A stretch of DNA of 32,132 nucleotides from Blastocatellia bacterium (GTDB lineage: Bacteria > Acidobacteriota > Blastocatellia > RBC074): NCBI GenBank assembly GCA_031359775.1, contig JANMAL010000663.1, positions 1 through 32,132 of the forward strand, given 5' to 3'. The notes beneath the pieces are model-generated. The model was not told the DNA's origin, searched no databases, and saw only the letters and a list, made by a program, of their open reading frames with translations. Shown here piece after piece: positions 18,366 to 26,516 of the stretch. The first letter of the stretch is position 1. Every line of letters starts with the position of its first letter. The position numbers and the translations under genes are program-made.

Positions 18366-19823
18366 ATGCCTGAAGATAGCAATGCTCCTGTCTTAACCAG
18401 CAATTATCAGTTAAGCCAATTCTTTGACGAGATGTTTGCCGCGCCGGGCGAACCGCGCTTGCATTATCAAACGTTACACGAACGGTTTTGTGCGCTCAGT
18501 GTCAGTGATATGAACGAAAAGACGCGCGCCGCTGATATTTCGTTCCTCTATCAAGGCATCACGTTTACGGTCTACAGCCAGGATGAAGGCATTGAGCGTA
18601 TCTTTCCCTTTGACCTGATTCCGCGCATCATTCCCCGGCGCGAGTGGGATTTACTCGAACGCGGTCTGACGCAGCGGGTGCTGGCGCTGAATCAATTTTT
18701 GCATGATGTCTACCACGATCAGCGCATCATCAAGGACAAACGAATCCCGCCGGAACTCGTGTTTGGCGCCAGCAATTTTCGCCGCGAGATGATCGGTATA
18801 ACCGCGCCGCGCCAAATCTACGCGCATATTATCGGCACGGATCTGATTCGGGATCATGAGGGCAATTATTATGTGCTGGAGGATAACCTGCGCTCGCCCT
18901 CCGGCGTCAGCTACATGCTGGAAAATCGGCAGGCGATGAAGCGCTCGTTTCCCCGCTTATTTGAGCAATATGGCGTTGCGCCGATAGACCATTACCCGCA
19001 GGAATTGTTGGCGATGTTGCGTTCCGTTGCACCGCGCGAAGTGCCGGAGCCGACGGTCGTGCTGCTGACGCCCGGCGTGTATAACTCGGCCTACTTCGAG
19101 CATTCATTTCTGGCGCGGCAAATGGGCATCGAAATTGTCGAAGGCCGCGATCTGGTTTGTCACGACAATCGCGTTTACACCCGCACCACGCATGGCTTGC
19201 AAAGCGTTGACGTGATTTATCGTCGGATAGACGATGACTTTCTGGATCCGCTGGCGTTTAAGCAGAAAAGCCTGCTTGGTGTGCCGGGCTTACTCAACGC
19301 CTACCGCGCCGGGAACATCACGCTGGCCAACGCGATTGGCACTGGCGTGGCCGATGACAAGGCGGTGTATGCGTACGTGCCGGAAATGATTCGTTACTAT
19401 TTGGGCGAAGAGCCAATCCTGAATAACGTGCCGACTTATCTGGCAATCAACGACACCGACCGCGATTACATTTTGGCGAATTTAGACAAGCTGGTGGTGA
19501 AGGCGGTCAATGAAAGCGGTGGTTATGGCATGTTAATTGGCATGCACGCCAGCCAGGCGGAGCGCGCTGCATTCGCCGAAAAAATCAAAGCCAATCCGCG
19601 CAACTTCATTGCGCAACCGACCATTTCGCTAAGCCGTCATCCGACCTATATCGAAGGCGAATTGCGCGGCTGTCACGTGGATTTGCGGCCTTACATTTTG
19701 TGCGGCGAAACGATTAAGCTGGTGCCGGGCGGATTAACGCGCGTAGCTTTGCGCGCCGGGTCGCTGGTGGTGAATTCATCGCAAGGTGGCGGCAGTAAGG
19801 ATACTTGGGTTTTGGTAGATTGA
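18366..19823 (+). CDS. Circularly permuted type-2 ATP-grasp protein (COG2308-type amidoligase)
   Basis: About 485 aa from ATG 18366 (the ORF-track TTG 18333 is less likely). The length and sequence character match my recollection of the family that precedes alpha-E and transglutaminase genes ([104 protein letters not shown]). Confidence 0.85.
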   Translation: MPEDSNAPVLTSNYQLSQFFDEMFAAPGEPRLHYQTLHERFCALSVSDMNEKTRAADISFLYQGITFTVYSQDEGIERIFPFDLIPRIIPRREWDLLERGLTQRVLALNQFLHDVYHDQRIIKDKRIPPELVFGASNFRREMIGITAPRQIYAHIIGTDLIRDHEGNYYVLEDNLRSPSGVSYMLENRQAMKRSFPRLFEQYGVAPIDHYPQELLAMLRSVAPREVPEPTVVLLTPGVYNSAYFEHSFLARQMGIEIVEGRDLVCHDNRVYTRTTHGLQSVDVIYRRIDDDFLDPLAFKQKSLLGVPGLLNAYRAGNITLANAIGTGVADDKAVYAYVPEMIRYYLGEEPILNNVPTYLAINDTDRDYILANLDKLVVKAVNESGGYGMLIGMHASQAERAAFAEKIKANPRNFIAQPTISLSRHPTYIEGELRGCHVDLRPYILCGETIKLVPGGLTRVALRAGSLVVNSSQGGGSKDTWVLVD

Positions 19824-19826
19824 AGT

Positions 19827-20180
19827 ATGACGGGAATTAATTACAACGGCAGAACTTTCCGGTCTTTTTCCAACACTGCCGAAGGCGAGGTGGATGCGCG
19901 TACAACGTTTCGCTATCGCCAAATGGGCGATATTGTGTGGGCGGAATATGTGGGCGGACGCATTCGGTTGGGGCAATTGCTCGGATTGGTGTTGCCGGAT
20001 GGAAAATTGGAATTCCGCTATCAGCATGTTAATGAGACTGGTGAATTGATGACGGGGCTTTGTCTTTCGACCCCGGAAGTATTGCCGGATGGACGTTTGC
20101 GGCTGCATGAAGCGTGGCAATGGACGGGTGGAGAGCGCGTCAGTGGCGAGTCTATCGTAGAGGAAATTCTGATTCTGTAG
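19827..20180 (+). CDS. Small soluble beta-rich conserved hypothetical protein (family often auto-annotated 'N-acetylglutamate synthase'; function unknown)
   Basis: 117-aa ORF whose ATG lies 3 nt after the ATP-grasp stop. The pattern NYNGRTFR..SN...GEV...T.F.Y.Q.GD.VWAEY.GG.I..G.L.G......G.L.FRY.HVNE.GELMTG.C.S.PE.LPDGR.RLHE.WQW resembles a widespread ~110-aa family I recall. This is not verified. Confidence 0.6.
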   Translation: MTGINYNGRTFRSFSNTAEGEVDARTTFRYRQMGDIVWAEYVGGRIRLGQLLGLVLPDGKLEFRYQHVNETGELMTGLCLSTPEVLPDGRLRLHEAWQWTGGERVSGESIVEEILIL

Positions 20181-20236
20181 CTCCTTCACCGACGCTGTGG
20201 GTTTGATTTTAGAGACGATCTTTTTGAGCAAACGAC

Positions 20237-20548
20237 ATGGGCGTAATCGAACTATTATTTATTCTCGTTATCATTCCGTACCGCGTTTGGCGGCTGGCCA
20301 AAGAACGCGGCGAGAGCGCGCTGAAATGGAGTCTGGCCGCCATTGGGGCGTGGATTGGGGCGGAGCTTCTCATTGGAACTCTCGTCGGTATTTTGTGGGT
20401 TCTGCTGGCTCGGTTAGGCTTTACCCCCAGAGGGAACGCTGTCAATGTTTTTTACGTGCTTTTTTATTTGTTGTTGATCGCTGCCGCAGCAACGAGCGCA
20501 ACCCTGGTGATACGGCAACTACGCAAAAAGCCGATTACACAATCCTGA
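20237..20548 (+). CDS. Small integral membrane protein (~3 TM), hypothetical
   Basis: 103-aa ORF with an ATG start. It has three hydrophobic stretches ([13 protein letters not shown]; [25 protein letters not shown]; [22 protein letters not shown]) and a basic C-terminus. It is co-directional with and tightly packed inside the operon. Confidence 0.55.
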   Translation: MGVIELLFILVIIPYRVWRLAKERGESALKWSLAAIGAWIGAELLIGTLVGILWVLLARLGFTPRGNAVNVFYVLFYLLLIAAAATSATLVIRQLRKKPITQS

Positions 20549-20576
20549 AGAAAAGGGACAAACGCAAAATTATCTT

Positions 20577-21563
20577 ATGCTGTCACGAGTTGCTGATTCA
20601 CTGTTTTGGATGTCACGTTATATTGAGCGCGCCGAAGATTTGACGCGCTTATTGGCGGTTAATTTTCACTCCCTGCTGGATGCCGGAAAGGTTGATTCAG
20701 AGCAGGGTTGGCAACCGCTGATTGCCATGACCTATGATGAAAAGCGCTTTGACAAGCATTACCCCACTTGTACCGCGCTCAACGTCGTGGATTTTATGCT
20801 TTGGAATCAAGCCAATCCGAACGCCGTCATCTGGTGCATCACGATGGCGCGCGAAAATGCCCGCAGCGTGCGCGAGCAGATCAGCAAAGAGATGTGGGAA
20901 TACTTGAACCGTCTCTACTTCCGTGTGAAAGAAGCCGACCGCGCAGCCGTGTCGCGTTCTTTGCAGGAGTTTTTCTATAACCTGCGCGATGGCTCGCAGG
21001 CGTTTCAGGGCATCACCAATGAAACGATGACACACGGCGATGCCTACCAATTCATTCAAATCGGCAAGCATCTGGAACGCGCCGAAAAAACCACGCGCAT
21101 CCTTGATCTCAAATATGAAAACGTCACGCAATTGCCGGAAGGCTCGCCCGACGAGGCGTTACAATTGATGGCGATGCTGAAATCGTGCAGCGCGTTTGAG
21201 CCGTTTCGCAAAGAATACACGTCGCAATTAAGCGCCGAAGCGATTGTCGAGTATCTGCTGCTGAATCGTGAATTTCCGCGCGCCGTCGCGTTTGGTTTAC
21301 ATCGTTGTTTACAGGCTGTGAATGCGATTTCCGGCACGAATGATGGCGGCAAGATGAATCACCCCCAACGCAGCCTGGGACGCCTGGTATCAGAGTTGGA
21401 GTATCTGGATATTCAAGACATTTTGGGCGTCCGCCTGCGCACGTATCTGGCGCAACTTTTACTACGCCTTAATCAAGCTGGCGAAGACATCACGCGGACT
21501 TACTTCAATACGCAGGTAATTTTGCCTGAATTACATCCCCAACAGGCACAGCAGCAGCAGTAG
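20577..21563 (+). CDS. Alpha-E domain protein (COG2307-type)
   Basis: 328-aa ORF. The N-terminus [21 protein letters not shown] and the internal [18 protein letters not shown] are the hallmark alpha-E helices. It ends with a tandem TAG TAG. Confidence 0.85.
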   Translation: MLSRVADSLFWMSRYIERAEDLTRLLAVNFHSLLDAGKVDSEQGWQPLIAMTYDEKRFDKHYPTCTALNVVDFMLWNQANPNAVIWCITMARENARSVREQISKEMWEYLNRLYFRVKEADRAAVSRSLQEFFYNLRDGSQAFQGITNETMTHGDAYQFIQIGKHLERAEKTTRILDLKYENVTQLPEGSPDEALQLMAMLKSCSAFEPFRKEYTSQLSAEAIVEYLLLNREFPRAVAFGLHRCLQAVNAISGTNDGGKMNHPQRSLGRLVSELEYLDIQDILGVRLRTYLAQLLLRLNQAGEDITRTYFNTQVILPELHPQQAQQQQ

Positions 21564-21645
21564 TAGGTGTTGGGTGTTAGGTGTTGGGGAAAATCCAATA
21601 CCTGACACCCGATCCTAACACCTGGCACCTGATACCTAACACCTA
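21564..21645 (+). repeat. Repeat-built stem-loop (GGTGTTRGG units versus complementary CCTRACACC units) between the alpha-E and transglutaminase genes
   Basis: TAGGTGTTGGGTGTTAGGTGTTGGG (21564-21588) pairs over all 25 positions (19 Watson-Crick plus 6 G-U in + strand RNA) with CCTGGCACCTGATACCTAACACCTA (21621-21645). The 32-nt loop holds further complementary units (CCTGACACCC 21601-21610, CCTAACA 21614-21620). Confidence 0.6.
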
Positions 21646-21648
21646 TTT

Positions 21649-22446
21649 ATGAGACTTCGCATCGAACACGTCACCACTTTCAGCTACGATTTACCCATTA
21701 GTGAAGCCTATACCGAAATGCGGTTGGCCCCGATGGACATTGGCGGACAACGCCGTACGGCGTTTCGCTTACGCACCGAACCGAACGGGGAAGTGACGCG
21801 CTATCAGGATCGCTACCAAAACGAAGTGCATTACTTCGATGTACTCCAATCGCATCAACAAGTGCAGGTCACAGTCTTAAGCGAAGTCCTCACAGCGGAA
21901 AAATTTGTGGATGAACAAATGACTTTGTCGCCGCTGGATCAGTTCGATTATTTGACTTTGACCCCCTATGCCTCGGGGCACGAACTGATTCACGATCTGG
22001 CCGAAGCGAATGTCATTGTAGGCAACAAAATGGCGACCGCCTATGCTTTGATGACCGCTGTACATGAAGCGATTCGCTACGAGCGCGGCGCGACCAGCGT
22101 CAAAACCACTGCCGATGAAGCGTTGCAATTGGGCAAAGGCGTTTGTCAGGATTATGCCCACGTGATGTTGGCGGCCTGTCGCATCAGCGGCTTACCGGCG
22201 CGTTATGTAAGTGGTTATCTGTACAGCCCGAATGCGCCGGAAATGGCTTCGCACGCCTGGGTGGATGTGTTCGTAACGGAATATGGTTGGCGTGCGCTTG
22301 ACCCAACGCATAACTGCTTACAAGATGAAAAGTATGTGCGGGTGGCGACGGGGCGGGATTATGCTGATGTGTCGCCGACGCGGGGAATTTATAAAGGCAA
22401 TGCGAAGGAAAAAATGGAAGTGGCTGTGCAGGTCATTGCCATTTGA
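21649..22446 (+). CDS. Transglutaminase-like cysteine peptidase family protein (Bact_transglu_N + transglutaminase core)
   Basis: 265-aa ORF. Its N-terminus [28 protein letters not shown] is typical of Bact_transglu_N. A catalytic-triad-like Cys ([10 protein letters not shown]), His (ASHAWVDVF) and Asp (RALDPTH) are present. Confidence 0.85.
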   Translation: MRLRIEHVTTFSYDLPISEAYTEMRLAPMDIGGQRRTAFRLRTEPNGEVTRYQDRYQNEVHYFDVLQSHQQVQVTVLSEVLTAEKFVDEQMTLSPLDQFDYLTLTPYASGHELIHDLAEANVIVGNKMATAYALMTAVHEAIRYERGATSVKTTADEALQLGKGVCQDYAHVMLAACRISGLPARYVSGYLYSPNAPEMASHAWVDVFVTEYGWRALDPTHNCLQDEKYVRVATGRDYADVSPTRGIYKGNAKEKMEVAVQVIAI

Positions 22447-22447
22447 A

Positions 22448-23194
22448 TCAGGTCACTGCGCCGCCATCTACCGTAACGACCTCACCATTCATATAGCTGT
22501 TGCGGTCTGACACCATAAATGCGGCGAATTCCGCCAATTCTTCCGGGTGTCCACGCCGTCCTTTGGCGCACCAAAGTTCGTGAAGCTGCAAAAACTTTTC
22601 GGGCAGCGCATCCGATAAATCCGTATCGAAAATCCCCGCCGCAATCGCGTTGACGGTTATTCCAAAGGCAGACGCCTCGCGTGAAAGGCATTTCGTGAAG
22701 CCAATAACAGCAGCTTTAGAGGTCGCGTAATGCACGGAAGTTGGCAGAGAACGGATAGCGCCAATACTGCTCATATTCAGAATCATCCCGGCGCGTTGGC
22801 GAATCATGTATTTGTACACGGGCTTTGTGACATTAAAGATGCCATTGACGTTCGTATCAATCACCTCGTCCCAGGCTTTTTCCGTTGTGGTGGCAAACAT
22901 ATCGCCGCGATTGATGGCCGCGTTGTTCACAAGAATATCAATGCGTCCGAATTCTTCGTGAATTTGCTTCACCATTTTGATGATGCCAGGGCGATCTGTA
23001 ACAGAAGTTTTGAATGAAAAACCCTGTCGTCCGAAGGAGCGAATCTTGTCTACGGTGGCTGCGGCACGCTCATCGCTGACATTGTAATTAAAGGCGATGT
23101 CGGCACCTTCCCGCGCAAAAACTTCGCACAGTGCTCGCCCAATGCCGCGCGAGCCGCCGGTGATGATTGCTTTTTTTCCTTCAAGTAAACCCAT
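22448..23194 (-). CDS. SDR-family oxidoreductase, FabG-like (3-oxoacyl reductase-type)
   Basis: Contains TGGSRGIG (TGxxxGIG), LVNNAAI (NNAG) and YATSKAA (YxxxK). ATG 23194 (MGLLEGKKAIITGG) is preferred over the ORF-track TTG 23212. Confidence 0.85.
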   Translation of the reverse strand: MGLLEGKKAIITGGSRGIGRALCEVFAREGADIAFNYNVSDERAAATVDKIRSFGRQGFSFKTSVTDRPGIIKMVKQIHEEFGRIDILVNNAAINRGDMFATTTEKAWDEVIDTNVNGIFNVTKPVYKYMIRQRAGMILNMSSIGAIRSLPTSVHYATSKAAVIGFTKCLSREASAFGITVNAIAAGIFDTDLSDALPEKFLQLHELWCAKGRRGHPEELAEFAAFMVSDRNSYMNGEVVTVDGGAVT

Positions 23195-23232
23195 AGTTAT
23201 TTTGTAGCTCAAGTGCGACCAAATATCACATG

Positions 23233-24438
23233 TTACGGTAAATGAATTGCGGGGGCTGGAGTTGCGGGGCTGTCGGTGCTTTGATTGTCCATCTTGCTCA
23301 TAATTTCGTGGACAATGCGGCGCGTTGCATCAGGAATCGCAATTTTGGCAGAAGCCAGGCGCAGTGCCGCATGCTCCGCCGGGCTGGCAATCAACCGCCG
23401 CACAATCGGTACTACATCAGAGGCCCGTTCCAGCAAAAGACCCGCCTTATTGCGTAGCAGCATATTTGCGGTTTGCAATTCCTGCGGCATGGGAGGCGTC
23501 GTGACGTCCGCAATAATTGGTAAGCGTGAAGCCAATGCTTCAAACGTTGTCAGTCCGCCAAGTTTGGAGATCATCACATCCGCCGCGCGCATTAACTTTT
23601 CCATTGCGTCTGTGTAACCGATGATTTTAATTGGAAAGGGCGAGCGCTTAGCCATCCGGGCCACATCGTTTTGCAGTTCTACATTACGCCCGGCCAGAAA
23701 TACCGCCTGCGTATTTTTAAGCTTGTCTCCCTGGTCAATCATTTGCTCGAAGATGTGGGGAATGTTCCCGCCGCCAATCCAGCCTGCGTTGACAAAAACC
23801 GTGAATTTCTCAGGATCAAGCCCCAGTTCCAGGCGGGCAGCAGCGCGCTCTTCTTCGTTTTCGTACTGGAATTTAGGATGAATGGGAATGCCGCAGATTT
23901 TGATCTTTTCAGGCTGGATGCCGTAATCAATCAATTGCTGTTGCGCCTCTTGCGTTGCTACCAAATATAAACTCACGTCCTCGCACGCCCAGCCGCGCCA
24001 AAAGCCGTAACAAGGATCTGTTACCACCGTAACCAGAGGAATCGTCTCCAGGAGGCCGAGTTCTTTCATCACCCGCGCAAATAAATGCTGTGTCATCGGG
24101 TGAACAGAGATCACAACTTGCGGACAGAAACGCTCAAACAATTGCCGCAGATAATTCACGCCCAAGCGATAAATTAGATTCGATTCGTTCGGTTTGAAGC
24201 GTTCAATCGCCGCATAATAATACTTCATCAATGGCTGATGATTGCGCAGCAGATAGTTGTAAAACTCGGCCAGTTTCTGCGCCAGGAAATGCGATTCTTC
24301 AATCGCCCGCACGACATTCACCAGACAGCCAGGCGCCGAGAAGCGCTTGAGCCCATCGGCAATCGCTGCCGCTGCACTGGTATGTCCTCCACCGGTTGCT
24401 GAAGTGATAATGAGGAACTTTTTAGCGCGCTCGTCCAT
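23233..24438 (-). CDS. GT-B glycosyltransferase of the MGDG-synthase/UgtP (GT28-like) family, putative diacylglycerol glycosyltransferase
   Basis: 401-aa ORF. FLIITSATGGGHTSAAAAIADGL, PQVVISVHP, LVTVVTDPC..W, VSLYLVAT and IKICGIPIHPKF follow the block order of B. subtilis UgtP / MGDG synthases as I recall them. The C-terminal half is Glyco_tran_28_C-like (ADVMISKLGGLTTFEALA). Confidence 0.8.
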   Translation of the reverse strand: MDERAKKFLIITSATGGGHTSAAAAIADGLKRFSAPGCLVNVVRAIEESHFLAQKLAEFYNYLLRNHQPLMKYYYAAIERFKPNESNLIYRLGVNYLRQLFERFCPQVVISVHPMTQHLFARVMKELGLLETIPLVTVVTDPCYGFWRGWACEDVSLYLVATQEAQQQLIDYGIQPEKIKICGIPIHPKFQYENEEERAAARLELGLDPEKFTVFVNAGWIGGGNIPHIFEQMIDQGDKLKNTQAVFLAGRNVELQNDVARMAKRSPFPIKIIGYTDAMEKLMRAADVMISKLGGLTTFEALASRLPIIADVTTPPMPQELQTANMLLRNKAGLLLERASDVVPIVRRLIASPAEHAALRLASAKIAIPDATRRIVHEIMSKMDNQSTDSPATPAPAIHLP

Positions 24439-24463
24439 TAGGAATTGAATGTTGAGGCTGGAG

Positions 24464-25615
24464 TTAATTGACGCTTGCCTCGACCATCGGCCCGCTCAGT
24501 TCGCCCTTATGCGATTTCTTCAATTGATATTCCAGCTTTTTGATTTGGATCAAATGCTTGGGATTGAAGGCGAGCGAGGGGTAGTAGCAATTCGATTCGT
24601 GTGTGCAATGACAACCGCTGCGGGCATGCTGGCGACGCGCTTCCATGGCGGGAGAGTTCCAAAGCTTCCAAAAGTTCCAATCGTAATCACGCAGATTGGC
24701 GACCGGATCAAGGTTTTCGCAACTCGACACCGTGCCTTCATCATAAATCACGCCGCCCGTATTACCTGCGTGACACTGCAACTGTGCTTTCTTTTCGGTC
24801 TCTGTTTTGGCGATGACTTCGTGCATATGAATGTCAATCGCAGCTTTGAAATAGCCGTTTTTGCCCGAATAGTGATTTTTGATAAGAGCTTTGCGCGAGT
24901 CATCGTCAATCAAGGCCGAAAGCTGGCGATAGCGGCTGATGTCAATGTCCAATTCCTTCGCCGCCGCAGCGGGCGGGCGAATGTAATTGACATTGATTTT
25001 GTCAGGTTTTAGCTCATAGCGCAGGAAGTCATACCATTCGAAAATGCGATCCTGATTCGAATTCATAAAGCAAGTACAGGTTTGCACATCCAGTTGCGGA
25101 TGTTGCTTTTTGATTTCCTGTAATTGGCGTGCCGTGTCAATCGCCTTATCCCAACTACCCACTTTGCCGCGAATTTTTTCGTGGTCTTCTTTCAGGCCAT
25201 CAATGCCGAGCGCAACGGTCACATTCAGTTTCGGGCATTCGTCCAGAATACGCGAAACATCCGGCATGATGCGTTGCTGAATGCCACCGTTTGACATCAG
25301 ATACACCGATTCAAGCTGATTGTTTTCGTAAAAAGCGCGCACGATTTCGGGCAGGTCTTTGCGCGTAAATGGTTCACCGCCTGCGATGATGAGCACTGGC
25401 AATTTGCCGCCCAATGTTTCGCTGATGCGTTGCAGATTTTCCGTCGTAAGCTGGTTTTTCTTGCGCGACTTATCGTTCAACTCCTCAGTAAAGAAGCAAT
25501 GAACGCAGCGCATATCGCAAACCGAAGTGACGAGAATGTTGAGCACAACAGGTGAAGTCACCCCACCCGTCAACACGCGAGCATATTTTTTAAGTAGTTC
25601 AAATCCGTAATCCAT
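24464..25615 (-). CDS. Radical SAM enzyme with C-terminal SPASM/twitch-like cysteine cluster
   Basis: Contains CDMRCVHC (CxxxCxxC), IIAGGEPF (the GGE motif), and the C-terminal CHAGNTGGVIYDEGTVSSC followed by CHCTHESNC. ATG 25615 (MDYGF..) has AGGA 7 nt upstream and is preferred over the ORF-track TTG 25645. Confidence 0.85.
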   Translation of the reverse strand: MDYGFELLKKYARVLTGGVTSPVVLNILVTSVCDMRCVHCFFTEELNDKSRKKNQLTTENLQRISETLGGKLPVLIIAGGEPFTRKDLPEIVRAFYENNQLESVYLMSNGGIQQRIMPDVSRILDECPKLNVTVALGIDGLKEDHEKIRGKVGSWDKAIDTARQLQEIKKQHPQLDVQTCTCFMNSNQDRIFEWYDFLRYELKPDKINVNYIRPPAAAAKELDIDISRYRQLSALIDDDSRKALIKNHYSGKNGYFKAAIDIHMHEVIAKTETEKKAQLQCHAGNTGGVIYDEGTVSSCENLDPVANLRDYDWNFWKLWNSPAMEARRQHARSGCHCTHESNCYYPSLAFNPKHLIQIKKLEYQLKKSHKGELSGPMVEASVN

Positions 25616-25899
25616 CAAATTTCCTAACAGGGACAAACCGCTCAAATTATGTAAAGTCCAAGCGACTGCTTATTAAGCTGTTTTTGCGTGCCAATGTCAA
25701 ACGCTCATAAATACTTGGTTTGCTTTGCTGGAAAAAAGTGTTAACCTCCCTCATCGGTTTGACCGAGATAATTGAAACAGGCAAGACAAAGCGGGAGTGA
25801 ACAAAGGGTTCCTAAACACTTTCGTGCTGCCGCAGGGACATTAGGGGAATGTCTACGCTGCCTTACCAAGCGCTATTTCGATAAGGAGACCTGCTCAGC

Positions 25900-26505
25900 A
25901 TGGCCAAATGCCCAGCTTGCCGCAGTGAGAGGGTGTATAAAGGGTATCGTCCCGCGCCGCTTCTTCTTCGGCTCTTACGAATTCACGATTTTTTATGTGA
26001 AAACTGCAACCTGCAATTTCGTGCATTTTCTCTTGCCTCGCCTCGATCACGTACCCGCAAGGGTAAGAAAAGAGAGTCGCAACAAAATTCGCGCATCATT
26101 GAACCTGATACGCCTATCAAAATTACGGAACCTGCACCCGTTTCCCAACCTCGCACTAATCCTCAAAGTAAACCATTGCTGGCGCAAACTGCCAGCGCAG
26201 CGGCTTCAGGTATGAGTCAACCACTGCCGCCATCAAAGGCCAGGTTGGCCCAAAACGAGCCGGTAAAACAAACAATCAAAGGGCAATGGCAAATGCCGGC
26301 GGAGGCCTTGGAGGAACTTGAGACAAGTCGCCGTTCCCATCGCTCTCATCAGATTTGCCCCCATTGTGGTGCTACCGATACGGAACGTCGTCGCCGTAAG
26401 CTATGGGAAAAAGTTACTTTTGCTTTTACGACAATTCGCGCCTACAAATGTCGAATTTGCGGCTCAGATTTTTACGCGCGCCGTAAACAAAAAACCGAAG
26501 CCTGA
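25900..26505 (+). CDS. Hypothetical protein with two zinc-ribbon modules joined by a ~110-aa disordered basic/Pro-rich linker
   Basis: 201-aa ORF, with AAGGAG 11 nt upstream of the ATG. The N-terminal module is CPAC-x25-CENC..F and the C-terminal module is CPHC-x27-CRIC..F. Both are followed by Arg/Lys-rich tails. Confidence 0.6.
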   Translation: MAKCPACRSERVYKGYRPAPLLLRLLRIHDFLCENCNLQFRAFSLASPRSRTRKGKKRESQQNSRIIEPDTPIKITEPAPVSQPRTNPQSKPLLAQTASAAASGMSQPLPPSKARLAQNEPVKQTIKGQWQMPAEALEELETSRRSHRSHQICPHCGATDTERRRRKLWEKVTFAFTTIRAYKCRICGSDFYARRKQKTEA

Positions 26506-26516
26506 CAGTTCCTCAA

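Noticed and set aside
20197-20643. 148-aa + strand ORF overlapping the small membrane-protein gene and the alpha-E start
   Set aside because: It is Arg-rich with no hydrophobic or domain pattern. The alternative frame (20237-20548) gives a coherent 3-TM protein, and 20577 gives the canonical alpha-E N-terminus.
25772-26215. 147-aa + strand ORF overlapping the zinc-ribbon gene in another frame
   Set aside because: The frame starting at 25900 carries the paired CxxC motifs at both ends and a good AAGGAG. The overlapping frame has no features.
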